Positions 36,198-45,614 of a stretch of DNA of 56,896 nucleotides are shown here, piece after piece. The notes beneath the pieces were generated by a model. The model did no database searches. It saw only the letters and a list, made by a program, of their open reading frames with translations, and had not been told where the DNA came from. Source of the stretch: an uncultured virus (IMG/VR IMGVR_UViG_3300031669_000004) (taxonomy: Duplodnaviria; Heunggongvirae; Uroviricota; Caudoviricetes). The position numbers and the translations under genes were made by a program. The DNA lies in IMG/VR virus record IMGVR_UViG_3300031669_000004; one strand, 5' to 3'. Numbering within the stretch: position 1 is the first letter of the stretch; every line of letters starts with the position of its first letter.

Positions 36198-37211
36198 ATG
36201 AGTGAACAGATACCTTCATTTAGTGGATCCAAGAGAAGAGAACAAGCTACACTAAATATAAGCAACAAATCACTTAATGCAGTACTACGAGAGATCGATG
36301 AGGAAATAAAAGGTATGGACATAGAGGATAAAGAAAGCGTAGGTTTAGTAACCTCGAAAACTAATTGGGCTACCTCCGAAGGTAATTACTGGGCAATCGG
36401 AAAAACTTGCGAGACAGTTCCGTGCGCTCTATATGAGGCAGCGTATTCTGATAGCATAGGATACTTTTTAAAAACTCTAAGTAACAACATGGATGACATC
36501 ATCGATCTACCTGACTCAGAATCGGATAGATTAATCAAAGAGATAGCAGAATTTACTACTCTTAAGTCCTCCTTTGAAAAGCATGGCTTTCTATATAAGC
36601 GTGGTATATTGCTCTGGGGGCCACCTGGCTCAGGTAAGACAGTTACCATACAGCAACTCATAAGGCTGTTCACTAAGACCGGGGATGGTATCGCAGTTAT
36701 GTGTAAACATCCTGGATTGCTTATGGAAACTCTACGCGATTTTCGCAAGGTTGAACCAGATCGCCAGGTACTCGTAGTTATCGAGGATTTGGATGCCCTG
36801 ATAGAAATGTATAGGGAATCTGATTTCCTTAACATGTTAGATGGGGAGGCTCAGTTGCAGAACGTGGTGTACGTAGCTACCACTAACTATCCTGAGATGC
36901 TGGACAATCGTTTCAAAGATCGCCCATCCCGCTTTGATACAATCCGTAAGATAGATATGCCTTCTGAGGATGCACGACGAGTTTATCTACAGGTTAAGTT
37001 GCCCGAGATGAAAGCAGAGGAAATAGAAGTATTTGTAATTGGTAGTAAGGGGTACTCAGTAGCGTACCTAAGAGAACTTATTGTTCTGACTCAGTGTTTC
37101 AAACTATCAACTGAAGAGGCCTTTAAAAGGTTAGATATGATGAGAGATAATATGCCGGATAGTTCCAAAGCTGGTAATTCTAAAAGTTTCGGATTTTCTG
37201 TAGGGGAGTAA
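36198..37211 (+). CDS. AAA+ ATPase
   Basis: RGILLWGPPGSGKT, VIEDLD, ATTNYPE.LD...RPSRFD. Confidence 0.92.
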   Translation: MSEQIPSFSGSKRREQATLNISNKSLNAVLREIDEEIKGMDIEDKESVGLVTSKTNWATSEGNYWAIGKTCETVPCALYEAAYSDSIGYFLKTLSNNMDDIIDLPDSESDRLIKEIAEFTTLKSSFEKHGFLYKRGILLWGPPGSGKTVTIQQLIRLFTKTGDGIAVMCKHPGLLMETLRDFRKVEPDRQVLVVIEDLDALIEMYRESDFLNMLDGEAQLQNVVYVATTNYPEMLDNRFKDRPSRFDTIRKIDMPSEDARRVYLQVKLPEMKAEEIEVFVIGSKGYSVAYLRELIVLTQCFKLSTEEAFKRLDMMRDNMPDSSKAGNSKSFGFSVGE

Positions 37212-37495
37212 TATGATACTAGAATATTGGTGGATTATGCCAGTGGCTATGTTAATATTAGGAGGATATATCCTTGGCTCTATAAAATACACCTATGAAA
37301 CAATAGCATTGGTGGTCGGATGTAGTTTAGTATTCGGGTCTATAACATTTATTCTTGGATATATTATTTAGATGTGTTAAAATAGCTTTATGAACATCAC
37401 ATTTACATCCTCACCACTTAGTAAACCCGAGTATAATAACGACGGAGGTACGGTGCTGGGCTAAAGGAATGTAATTGTTACTGAAGTATTCTTAA

Positions 37496-37528
37496 GCCCC
37501 AGACCGAAAATCTGGGGTTTTTCTTTTG
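37496..37528 (+). terminator. Intrinsic terminator
   Basis: GCCCCAGA-loop-TCTGGGGT plus T-rich tail. Confidence 0.65.
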
Positions 37529-37625
37529 GAGTATCATGAACTTATTATGTCATTGGTTTGGTCACAAACGATCTACACGCAGAGAAGCAAAAATGAGATG
37601 GAAAACTTATCCATGTAGTAGATGC

Positions 37626-37654
37626 GGAGAATAGGAGAATAGGAGAATAGGAGA
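37626..37654 (+). repeat. Tandem 8-mer GGAGAATA x3.6 at RBS
   Basis: GGAGAATA GGAGAATA GGAGAATA GGAGA. Confidence 0.8.
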
Positions 37655-37658
37655 TATT

Positions 37659-37844
37659 ATGTTTATTATTAAGAAACAGGTAGTAACATGTGACGACTGC
37701 CCACACATTGATACATCTAGTGGTATGTTTGAACACTTCTGGTGTAAGAAAGAGGACAGGCAGTTGCCTAACAAGGATTTACCAAAGATCCCAGAATGGT
37801 GTACTTTGAATAGCGGAGGGGAAGATGAGAGCTTACGGACATAG
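37659..37844 (+). CDS. Small Cys-rich protein (paralog of 44553)
   Basis: CDxCPH...WC...IPEWC. Confidence 0.65.
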   Translation: MFIIKKQVVTCDDCPHIDTSSGMFEHFWCKKEDRQLPNKDLPKIPEWCTLNSGGEDESLRT

Positions 37845-37978
37845 TCGTAGAGACAAATTGGAATGTAAGTATGGTTGCTGTGCTGGTAAGTCCGGAAAAC
37901 AAAAGAATGGTCGAAAGATTGTTGATAGGGCTAACAGAAAGACGGCTAGGTACGAAGGTAATAAAGAGACTACTTAAG

Positions 37979-38051
37979 TCCCTTGTAGCTCAGTTGGTAG
38001 AGCAAGGCACTGTTAATGCCTGAGTCATTGGTTCGAGTCCAGTCGGGGGAG
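37979..38051 (+). tRNA. tRNA-Asn(GUU), CCA not encoded
   Basis: Cloverleaf, loop CTGTTAA. Confidence 0.9.
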
Positions 38052-38067
38052 TTAAGTAGTTTAATTT

Positions 38068-38142
38068 GGTCCGTTAGCTCAGCGATAGAGCAATCCCCTG
38101 TCCAGGGATCGGTCGACGGTTTGATCCCGTCACGGGCCGCCA
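38068..38142 (+). tRNA. tRNA-Asp(GUC)
   Basis: ATCCC-CTGTCCA-GGGAT; variant D and T loops; CCA. Confidence 0.8.
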
Positions 38143-38158
38143 GATAAAGGAGAAGATT

Positions 38159-38398
38159 GTGCTTGAGGAATTCAACAAAGTTAAAGGTAAGTTAAGTAGT
38201 GGTGAACAAGAAGACTTTCACCGCAAAATAACCAGCTTAAATGCTAACATTGTATTTTGGAAAAAACGACTAACCCATGAGGTAGCCACCGAAAGAAAAG
38301 AAGCAGAATTTGAAATCAAACGTTGTGAGGGATTGCTTGTTAAGATGGGCAAGGACATGGCTAAAGCAGTATCCAAGAAGGAGAAAAATGATGAGTAG
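38159..38398 (+). CDS. Hypothetical protein
   Basis: AAGGAG RBS right after tRNA. Confidence 0.65.
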   Translation: MLEEFNKVKGKLSSGEQEDFHRKITSLNANIVFWKKRLTHEVATERKEAEFEIKRCEGLLVKMGKDMAKAVSKKEKNDE

Positions 38399-38552
38399 AG
38401 ATAGGCATATTCCGGCAACCTGGCCCTTCCCAGAACTACCCATAGAGATAAAGGCTAAGGTTGGTAGAAGTTTACCCACCAAAGTTAGGCCTGCAGTAGT
38501 ATGGCCTTCCGTTGACAGAAGGAAGAGTACACCCGACAGACGAAAGGAGTAA
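38388..38552 (+). CDS. Small basic hypothetical protein
   Basis: AAGGAG RBS. Confidence 0.5.
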   Translation: MMSRDRHIPATWPFPELPIEIKAKVGRSLPTKVRPAVVWPSVDRRKSTPDRRKE

Positions 38553-38553
38553 T

Positions 38554-38763
38554 ATGATATTCATACTTCAACCTAAAGTACGTCTTAAGCCAGGAGATAA
38601 ACGAGTAATAAATAGATTCGTTATCTGGAGAAAAATAGGTAATGAATTAAGAGTATTCCACTGGAGTAGGATAGTTCAGATATACGAAGAGTATATTAAT
38701 GTAGATGGGAATGGGTATGAGTCTGACTGTTATCACTGGAAAGACGTATCCTGGGCAGATTAA
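38554..38763 (+). CDS. Hypothetical protein
   Basis: AAGGAG RBS. Confidence 0.6.
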   Translation: MIFILQPKVRLKPGDKRVINRFVIWRKIGNELRVFHWSRIVQIYEEYINVDGNGYESDCYHWKDVSWAD

Positions 38764-38767
38764 ACAT

Positions 38768-38859
38768 GGAAGGCTGGCTGAGAGGTCTAAGGCAGCGGTT
38801 TGCTAAACCGTCGTTCGGGGTAACCCTTACCGTTGGTTCGAATCCAACGCTTTCCGCCA
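38768..38859 (+). tRNA. tRNA-Ser(GCU)
   Basis: Class II cloverleaf, loop TTGCTAA, GCCA. Confidence 0.92.
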
Positions 38860-38873
38860 AAAAGGAGAATGAG

Positions 38874-39110
38874 ATGAAAACCAAGGATGTAACTATCTAC
38901 AGAGACGTAGCGGTGCCAATTAGGCATAAGTGCTGGCACATCCATAAAATAGGGGGGAAGGTTCATCGTGACTTTACCAATGATGTTGGTGATATACCAG
39001 TTGCTCGTAGTAACCCGGATACGGGCCTTTGGGAACAAGTTGTTAATAACCGTGGCAGAGCGTACGCAGCACGGAAAAGATTGAAGTACAGAAAGGACAA
39101 AGATGTTTAG
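38874..39110 (+). CDS. Hypothetical basic protein
   Basis: AAGGAG RBS right after tRNA. Confidence 0.6.
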   Translation: MKTKDVTIYRDVAVPIRHKCWHIHKIGGKVHRDFTNDVGDIPVARSNPDTGLWEQVVNNRGRAYAARKRLKYRKDKDV

Positions 39111-39417
39111 TTTTATGCTACCACCAGAAATACGTGCTATGGATGGCAACTACGAGGAAAGAAAAATAGGTAAGGAATTTTTAGATAATGGACTAACAGT
39201 TTCGACCGCCTTCACAACAGATGAGGGGTTTGAAACAGCTGTGGGATCAGAGTTTATGTATGGCTGGGTTATAGTAGAAAGATATCCTTCTAAAGAAGAT
39301 GCTATAGATGGGCATAAGAAGTGGGTTGATTTCGCAGCCACCGGTGTAGGGAAGACTGTACGTAGCCTAGGTAGTTATGATAATGACTGGGTCCCAAGCG
39401 ATGTGGTATTGAAATAA
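39103..39417 (+). CDS. Hypothetical protein
   Basis: AAGGA RBS. Confidence 0.65.
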   Translation: MFSFMLPPEIRAMDGNYEERKIGKEFLDNGLTVSTAFTTDEGFETAVGSEFMYGWVIVERYPSKEDAIDGHKKWVDFAATGVGKTVRSLGSYDNDWVPSDVVLK

Positions 39418-39431
39418 ATTTGGAGATCCTT

Positions 39432-39629
39432 ATGAAAATCGAAATAACCGATGGTATGTTTGATGGTATGGTTTTACCGTGTTTGAAGAAACAACTGAAA
39501 TGCGTTAAGGCTGATATTAAACAACTTGAAGCCAAAGATGGTAAAGAAAAGTATGAGTTGGAGAATCTACAAGATTCTAAGATCATGAAAAAGCACCTTA
39601 AAGAGGTAATTAAGTATTTTGGTGGTTAG
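39432..39629 (+). CDS. Hypothetical protein
   Basis: GGAG RBS. Confidence 0.6.
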   Translation: MKIEITDGMFDGMVLPCLKKQLKCVKADIKQLEAKDGKEKYELENLQDSKIMKKHLKEVIKYFGG

Positions 39630-39648
39630 TCGTGGTTTGCGATAATTG

Positions 39649-39657
39649 TGGTATAAG
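39649..39657 (+). promoter_or_regulatory. Phage promoter motif TGGTATAAG
   Basis: Exact copy before tRNA-Glu. Confidence 0.7.
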
Positions 39658-39680
39658 AATTTGTAGTAAAATTTAGATTA

Positions 39681-39755
39681 GTCATGTTCGTCTATCGGTT
39701 AGGACATCAGGTTTTCATCCTGGTAAGATGGGTTCGACTCCCGTACGTGACTCCA
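39681..39755 (+). tRNA. tRNA-Glu(UUC)
   Basis: Cloverleaf, loop TTTTCAT, CCA. Confidence 0.88.
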
Positions 39756-39769
39756 GAAAAGGAAGTAAT

Positions 39770-39970
39770 GTGGATATTGAGTTTAAGAAAGTTAGCGAGA
39801 CGGAGAGAGTTTACTATTTTCCAAATGGAGAAAAGATAATTTTAGGCGAGATAGAGAGTATTGGAATAAGTAAGTCTGGTACTCATAGAATAAATCTTAG
39901 GGATGGACGGAAATGTATAATACCATCGGGTTGGCTGTATATAACATTTTTAGGTCACTGGTCCTTTTAA
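39770..39970 (+). CDS. Hypothetical protein
   Basis: AAGGA RBS, GTG start after tRNA. Confidence 0.6.
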   Translation: MDIEFKKVSETERVYYFPNGEKIILGEIESIGISKSGTHRINLRDGRKCIIPSGWLYITFLGHWSF

Positions 39971-39973
39971 GAA

Positions 39974-40051
39974 TTACATGTGGCGGAGTGGCCCAACGCA
40001 ATGGTCTGCAAAACCATACAACCATCGGTTCAAATCCGATCATGTAATCCA
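39974..40051 (+). tRNA. tRNA-Cys(GCA)
   Basis: Loop CTGCAAA, U73, CCA. Confidence 0.85.
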
Positions 40052-40101
40052 AGGAGAAAGAAATGAGTAACAACAAAGAAGAGGCTACACATAAACCCAT
40101 C

Positions 40102-40177
40102 GGGTGTGTAGCTCAATGGCTAGAGCAACCGGCTTTTAACCGGTAGGTTGTGGGTTCAAGTCCCACCCCACCCACCA
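40102..40177 (+). tRNA. tRNA-Lys(UUU)
   Basis: Loop CTTTTAA, CCA; one acceptor mismatch. Confidence 0.9.
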
Positions 40178-40250
40178 AATGCAGCGCCGTAGTAAGTAGC
40201 ACCGTAGCACAGCAACATACTTGTAATTTAACCCTGATAAGGAACTTAGC

Positions 40251-40418
40251 ATGTCAAAGAAACCAGCAACACCAAAAGCAAAGATGGCCCATGATACCAC
40301 TCAACTTCGTGGCAGAATTGAACTAAATCCTATACAGGCTACGATAGCTATGCCTGAACAAGGTAACACAGTGGCGTCATGGCCACCCTCAGTTTATAAG
40401 TTTGACCCAGGGCTGTAG
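40251..40418 (+). CDS. Small hypothetical protein (55 aa)
   Basis: TAAGGA RBS; below ORF-track cutoff. Confidence 0.45.
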   Translation: MSKKPATPKAKMAHDTTQLRGRIELNPIQATIAMPEQGNTVASWPPSVYKFDPGL

Positions 40419-40435
40419 AAGGCTCAACGTCAAGG

Positions 40436-40741
40436 ATGAAGCATAGCGCCAGACGACCTGGCATTGATATTAAATATCATGATCTGTATTGCATACGCGA
40501 TGAGATGGGGCGTGTGAAACTGGGTAAATCTGGTTGCCTTCAGGCTAGGTTTAGAGAAATACAAAGTGGAAGTGGAGGCAAACTGACTTATGAGTTTGCT
40601 TGGCCTGCACTAGGTAAATTGGAAACTAAGGTGAAAAATTACCTTAACTTATGTGGGTATCATATACATAGTGAATGGTACTACGTTGATCTACCTACTC
40701 TTAAGAGAATAGTAGAAATAGTAAGAATGGATCAAATGTAA
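40436..40741 (+). CDS. GIY-YIG-like (T5orf172-type) nuclease domain protein
   Basis: LYCI....VKLGKS....RF.EIQSG...E......L......SEWY. Confidence 0.7.
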   Translation: MKHSARRPGIDIKYHDLYCIRDEMGRVKLGKSGCLQARFREIQSGSGGKLTYEFAWPALGKLETKVKNYLNLCGYHIHSEWYYVDLPTLKRIVEIVRMDQM

Positions 40742-40880
40742 TAAATTTCTAGCAAGTTGAAAGTAGAATAGTTGAGAACTACTACTTGCGAAAGGCATTG
40801 TACGTCCGTGGTGCAGAATATATAGTGACAGGGCTGGGTTCAACCACCTACGCCAAGTTGCAAACGGAGCCAATTTAATA

Positions 40881-40955
40881 CCGAATGTAGGCTAGTGGTA
40901 AGTCGTCTGGTTTGGGACCAGAAAATCGAATGTTCGATTCATTCCATTCGGACCA
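40881..40955 (+). tRNA. tRNA-Pro(UGG)
   Basis: Loop TTTGGGA, C1-G72, ACCA. Confidence 0.88.
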
Positions 40956-40998
40956 ATTAAAAGAAAGAGGTCTCATTCTCTTTTTTAGGTTAGTTTAG

Positions 40999-41007
40999 TG
41001 GTATAAG
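40999..41007 (+). promoter_or_regulatory. Phage promoter motif TGGTATAAG
   Basis: Exact copy. Confidence 0.7.
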
Positions 41008-41041
41008 AAGATGTAGAAGAATTTAATTATAGGAGGCACTC

Positions 41042-41233
41042 ATGATCAGTTTGATTAAAGATGTCGTCGTAATATTAACAATGATATTCCTTCAGATACC
41101 ATTAGGTATAGTAACAGATATCGTTACATTTGGTGGCAAGTTCACCAACACCGATAAGTCGTATACTATGGAAACTCTAGAGAAGATAATGGATACAATA
41201 AACAATTGCACCTGTCCCTTTAGAAAGAAATAA
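41042..41233 (+). CDS. Small membrane protein
   Basis: AGGAGG RBS. Confidence 0.65.
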   Translation: MISLIKDVVVILTMIFLQIPLGIVTDIVTFGGKFTNTDKSYTMETLEKIMDTINNCTCPFRKK

Positions 41234-41581
41234 ATGTACAAACAAGTAATAGTATTACGCAAAGACTTAAACATGCGTAAAGGTAAGATGGTAGCACAAG
41301 GTGCACACGCATCTCTTGGAGCCATCTTACCTTGTATGGACGACCAAAGGGTTAAGGGTTGGCTAGCAGGGCCATTCAAGAAGATTTGCGTTTCTGTTAG
41401 CTCAGAAGAAGAGCTGCTGGAACTGCACAAGCTGGCAAAGAACGAAGGGTACCTAACCGTCCTAATAAAAGACTCAGGTTTGACTGAGTTTAACGGGGTT
41501 CATACCTATACGGCAATTGCTGTTGGGCCTGGACTTGAAGAAGATATTGATAAAGTAACGGGGAATTTGCCGTTGCTATGA
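41234..41581 (+). CDS. pth2: Peptidyl-tRNA hydrolase, Pth2 type
   Basis: KQVIVLRKDLNM.KGK..AQGAHAS; KKICV; IKDSGLTEF; TAIAVGP; VTGNLPLL. Confidence 0.93.
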   Translation: MYKQVIVLRKDLNMRKGKMVAQGAHASLGAILPCMDDQRVKGWLAGPFKKICVSVSSEEELLELHKLAKNEGYLTVLIKDSGLTEFNGVHTYTAIAVGPGLEEDIDKVTGNLPLL

Positions 41582-41874
41582 AGAACCATATAGTAAAGCG
41601 TATGTATGTAAGAGTACCTCCTAAATGGTGGGTAGTACCAGATTTTATATCTCTACATACTATTACTGATTATGATAGGTATCACTTATTTGAAGGATAT
41701 TGCATAACGGTACTAGACTGTAAGAAGTCAGGGCGTCATTATAACAAACTTTTAATAGACGGTGACTACCACCAATTTTTGTCATGGATGGGATACTCTA
41801 AATGGTGGGAATACTATAAGTTAGAAAGAAACATATTTAAACGATTCTTATTTGGTAAATGGAAGGTGAGATGA
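41578..41874 (+). CDS. Hypothetical protein
   Basis: ATGA overlap. Confidence 0.55.
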   Translation: MKNHIVKRMYVRVPPKWWVVPDFISLHTITDYDRYHLFEGYCITVLDCKKSGRHYNKLLIDGDYHQFLSWMGYSKWWEYYKLERNIFKRFLFGKWKVR

Positions 41875-42116
41875 AAACTAATCATAAACGTAGCTTTGTA
41901 GCACCCTCAGAGAATCGCAGGGGTAACTATGTGGTATTCTTCCAAAGGGTCCATCTAGTTTTATCAGATAGGGAAGTATCTGCAGGTGTGACAATGGCCG
42001 ATGGACACCCACATAATGGTATAGCCAGATCTAGAAGGGGGGCTAAGAGATATATAAACTCCCGCACTAGGTTCCATGAAAACCAGGAGCTACGAAAAAT
42101 AACAAAGGAGATTTGA
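41871..42116 (+). CDS. Hypothetical basic protein
   Basis: ATGA overlap. Confidence 0.55.
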   Translation: MKTNHKRSFVAPSENRRGNYVVFFQRVHLVLSDREVSAGVTMADGHPHNGIARSRRGAKRYINSRTRFHENQELRKITKEI

Positions 42117-42386
42117 GTGAGTGATAAACCAGATTTACTTCCATGTCCCTTCTGTGGCAAGAAACCAGACTGGGACGATATGGATATGCTGTACCCCTCT
42201 GGGACTCTCTGGGTTTATAACGAAGAGTTTGAGATGCGTACTTACCATAGGATGAACAATAGGAAAGAAGGGGATAACTTCTGTTATGTCATGCACTGTA
42301 CATGCAATGTTGGTGGGTGTGGGGCCGAGATTCATGGGGATTCGAAAGAGGAAACTATTGAAAAATGGAACAGGAGAACACCATGA
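42117..42386 (+). CDS. Lar-like (restriction alleviation family) Zn-finger protein
   Basis: LLPCPFCG...C....CGA.....EE.IEKWNRR. Confidence 0.75.
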   Translation: MSDKPDLLPCPFCGKKPDWDDMDMLYPSGTLWVYNEEFEMRTYHRMNNRKEGDNFCYVMHCTCNVGGCGAEIHGDSKEETIEKWNRRTP

Positions 42387-42727
42387 GTCTAGAAGATTGT
42401 ATTACTGGGGGTGTTTGGAAACCAGCCAGTGTTGAGGATGAACCAAGAACTATACTTAGCCGATTCCAGGTTTACAAAGTTAAGAATCCCAAGACTAATA
42501 ACTGGGACATCCACTTCGCTGGATGGTGTGGAGAAGGAAGGGTTTGTTCAGCGGTTCAGTCCTTTGATAAAGCTACGAGGTGTGGTATAACCAGGTCCGG
42601 TAGGGTCTATCAGTTATCTGGTGATCCAGGAATGAACATGGATGCAATGTATGTTTGGGGTAATTGGCTGGCTATCTATGGCAACCCTGAACACGAATGT
42701 ATTACAGAAGAATATTTGCGGGTATAG
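42383..42727 (+). CDS. Hypothetical protein
   Basis: AGGAG RBS; HFAG...GRV.S.V..FD...G.TRSGRVYQL.G.PG. Confidence 0.7.
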   Translation: MSLEDCITGGVWKPASVEDEPRTILSRFQVYKVKNPKTNNWDIHFAGWCGEGRVCSAVQSFDKATRCGITRSGRVYQLSGDPGMNMDAMYVWGNWLAIYGNPEHECITEEYLRV

Positions 42728-42740
42728 CTTAGTGGTAGAG
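42718..42740 (+). pseudogene. Truncated 5' fragment of canonical tRNA-Gly
   Basis: GCGGGTATAGCTTAGTGGTAGAG = acceptor 5' strand + D-arm only. Confidence 0.65.
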
Positions 42741-42759
42741 AGGTTAAAGAGTATTTAAA

Positions 42760-42846
42760 GCGGCGATGGTATATGTGGTAGTGCACCTGCCTTCCAAGCA
42801 GGCAGACCTTATTGGTCGTATGCAGGTTCGAGTCCTGTTCGCCGCT
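42760..42846 (+). tRNA. tRNA-Gly(UCC) with long variable arm, CCA not encoded
   Basis: GCGGCGA/TCGCCGC, CCTGC-CTTCCAA-GCAGG, GACC-TTATT-GGTC extra arm, U73. Confidence 0.82.
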
Positions 42847-43564
42847 CTAAATACTTTTGGATTTCTTCTATCCTAGTCTTCTTAATGTATTCCTTATGAC
42901 TTATTCTAAGAATAGTTAGGCCGTAGGTTTGTGATAAGTAATCATCCCTTAAAGAATCATATTCTGTAGATAATCCATGTTGGGTCCCATCTAATTCTAT
43001 TACTAAGGAAAGCTCGGGAAAATGAAAATCGACAAAATAGGTTTTTGTTATATCCTTTCTTTTGAAAGATTTTTCGGTTTCGAATACGACAAAAGGATAC
43101 TTAATATCTAGCCATTGTTTAAATGAGGCCTCAAGCCAGGATCGTTTTGATCTCCCTCTATTTTGTTGTGGATTAAACCCATCAGAGATTCTTTGAAGCA
43201 TGAGTAGTGAAAGTAACTTTGATTTGCATCCCTTAGAACAGGTCCTTCCCACTAGGGGATGAAGTTTATGGCATATCTCACATTCATATAATTTTGTGGA
43301 GGGTGGAACTTGTTTTCCATCTACATATCGAAAACCTTTTCTAAATCCTTTAGGAAGATTTTTCTTTGAGGGACCCCATAAAGAGTTGTTGTATTTTGCC
43401 GAACAGGAATGGGAACAAAATTTGTCTTTGCAGGGTAAGGAACATGATAAACAAATTTTATTAAATGATTTGATAGAATGAGATTGTAGGTGGGCCTTTA
43501 AGGATTGAGTTGTTATTTCCTTTTTGCAAACCAAGCAAGAACATCGGAGTAAAAATTTTGACAT
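42809..43564 (-). mobile_element. Putative free-standing homing endonuclease (Zn fingers + Vsr/DUF559-like PD-(D/E)xK domain)
   Basis: Multiple CxxC; S.LE; YFVDF....LVIELDG.QH....D..RD..L....G.TILRI; antisense, overlaps tRNA-Gly 3' end. Confidence 0.8.
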
Positions 43565-43571
43565 AGTTATT

Positions 43572-43580
43572 ATTATAGCA
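43572..43580 (-). promoter_or_regulatory. Sigma70 extended -10 (TGCTATAAT), probable leaderless transcript
   Basis: 7 nt between motif and ATG at 43564. Confidence 0.55.
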
Positions 43581-43598
43581 TAAAACAAGGAGAGGACC

Positions 43599-44285
43599 AT
43601 GATAATTTCATCACCGTTTAAAGACTACTACGATTACGTAGCCCATCAATATGGGGGCGGTGATCCGAAGATAGTTTATCCCAGGATAAGATTAGCCGAA
43701 AGAGATAAGTATGGGTACATGGGCATTCGTGAAGTAAAACTGCCAGATAGTTTAGGTATCCGTAATGGATCTACTAAAGATAAATACGAATACAAGTGGC
43801 TTGTTATAACTGGTAAATACTATCTGCTGGTGAGACTATATTATTATGATAATTATATGGTCCATCATGAAACACCCTGGTCCGTATTCGCACCTGGTAA
43901 GATACAAGAGGTAGACGATAGATTAATAAGTAAGCGTAGAAACCGTATCTCTTGGATGTTTGAAGAGCCTAAAACGTATGAGTATTACGTTGGCAGATCT
44001 GACCCTAGACTGATAGAAATTTCGAGGGAAATCCAGGCACCAGTATTCTGTCTTTGTCCTGATGGTGTAGAAGGGGATGTACCAATTTTAGGCAATCTTG
44101 GTATCCCTTCTATTATTTCAGCCGAACAGATATATCAAGATCTGAGCTACTTCATGGGTAATATAATTAATGAAGTACCTGATTTACAACCAGCCGGTAA
44201 ACCCCCGATGACTGACAAGGAAAGAATTTTAAGTCACGGGTTTGATATGAAAGCATCTTTTAGGCATAGAAATAAGGGGGGATAA
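43599..44285 (+). CDS. Phage hypothetical protein
   Basis: IIS.FKDYYD N-terminus; I.SHGFD.K.SFR C-terminus. Confidence 0.75.
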   Translation: MIISSPFKDYYDYVAHQYGGGDPKIVYPRIRLAERDKYGYMGIREVKLPDSLGIRNGSTKDKYEYKWLVITGKYYLLVRLYYYDNYMVHHETPWSVFAPGKIQEVDDRLISKRRNRISWMFEEPKTYEYYVGRSDPRLIEISREIQAPVFCLCPDGVEGDVPILGNLGIPSIISAEQIYQDLSYFMGNIINEVPDLQPAGKPPMTDKERILSHGFDMKASFRHRNKGG

Positions 44286-44286
44286 C

Positions 44287-44550
44287 ATGAAACTATGGCG
44301 TAAGTTTCTATGTATAATAGGTCTTCATTTCGGCCAACGTACCGAGAATTGCTGTGAACGCAGATGTGTCTGCGGTGGTAGTTACTGGGGTCATGTAACA
44401 GAAGATAGGCTTACCCGTTTTCTCGGTCATTTTATCTGGTACTCCGCAAAGAGAATTAAAGAGATAGAAGCCTCTGGTAAGATGCGAGACTTAGTTTGTG
44501 GAACGGGGGAATTTAACCAGGATGAATGTCCATATTGTAAGAGGGAATAG
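44287..44550 (+). CDS. Cys-rich hypothetical protein
   Basis: Operonic, RBS. Confidence 0.55.
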   Translation: MKLWRKFLCIIGLHFGQRTENCCERRCVCGGSYWGHVTEDRLTRFLGHFIWYSAKRIKEIEASGKMRDLVCGTGEFNQDECPYCKRE

Positions 44551-44552
44551 TT

Positions 44553-44753
44553 ATGACCGAGGTGTCCATAAAAATAAAGTGTTGTGATACATGTCCCCAC
44601 ATGAGATCTCAAAGATTTCATACGGCGAATTATTTTGAATATGTGCAAGAGTGGATATGCCGTGAACATAAAAATCAAAGAATTACTTTATTTGAAATGT
44701 TTGATGATAAACCAGAGATACCGGAGTGGTGTCCTTTAATAGGGACTAAATAA
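44553..44753 (+). CDS. Small Cys-rich protein (paralog of 37659)
   Basis: CDTCPH...IPEWCP. Confidence 0.65.
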   Translation: MTEVSIKIKCCDTCPHMRSQRFHTANYFEYVQEWICREHKNQRITLFEMFDDKPEIPEWCPLIGTK

Positions 44754-44956
44754 TGAAACCTATGAAAAATAAAAGCCTGGAAATGATAGAAGCCATCGAG
44801 GTTTTATTTCCAGGCACAAAGGATGCTATGGCAAATGGGATATGCACCTTGTGTAAGTTACCTATAACAAAGTTTGACGATGAAATGTCGGAAAAGGAAT
44901 ACCAGGTTTCCGGTATGTGTCAGGAATGTCAGGATAAAGTCTTCGTGGAGGATTAA
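44753..44956 (+). CDS. Small Zn-finger protein
   Basis: CTLC...KEY.VSGMCQECQD. Confidence 0.7.
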   Translation: MKPMKNKSLEMIEAIEVLFPGTKDAMANGICTLCKLPITKFDDEMSEKEYQVSGMCQECQDKVFVED

Positions 44957-45261
44957 ATGCATAGAATAATAACTTGGTATGTTTGGGTGTTAACGAATAT
45001 TCAACAAATATGCTTTGATCTGGCCTCCAAAACTGGTTATTGCTATATTTGTAAAAGTTATCCGGGATATCCGACTGATTTTAAAAAATTTTGTTCACGT
45101 TGTGGGAGAGAACCATGAAACTTCAATTTAGATGTGGATGTGGTCTGGTTAATTACAATCTCGAGGATTGGTTGGCCCATTTTAAACATGGTAAAAAGGG
45201 AACACGGAGAGCGATGGTTCTCCTAATGCAAACAAGAATAGAAATAATTTAAATAATCAAT

Positions 45262-45354
45262 GGGTGAGTTGGTGCTAAGGCGTGTGCACTACCAGACTGT
45301 AAATCTGGTCCCTCGTGGTAAACATTGTTGGTTCGACCCCAACCTCACCCACCA
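45262..45354 (+). tRNA. tRNA-Tyr(GUA)
   Basis: CCAGA-CTGTAAA-TCTGG, long variable region, enlarged D-loop, ACCA. Confidence 0.85.
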
Positions 45355-45374
45355 AATAAGAAAGGGAAAATAAT

Positions 45375-45596
45375 ATGTGGCTATTTCTTTGGTTATTCAC
45401 ATTTATTATAAGTTTTGTCAGTACAATATATATTGCGACGAGCAAACAAGATATATGTATTGGGGAGGCGTTAGCAATATTCGCAGGGTCTATAATACCT
45501 GTAGGCAATTTAATTATTCTTTGTATATTAATAGTAAGCATACACGAAGACGAAATACATGAATTCTTCTCCAAGACGATAATAAAGAAGAGATAG
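45375..45596 (+). CDS. Small two-TM membrane protein
   Basis: Hydrophobic; follows tRNA. Confidence 0.6.
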   Translation: MWLFLWLFTFIISFVSTIYIATSKQDICIGEALAIFAGSIIPVGNLIILCILIVSIHEDEIHEFFSKTIIKKR

Positions 45597-45614
45597 AATT
45601 AAGACATCAATTTG

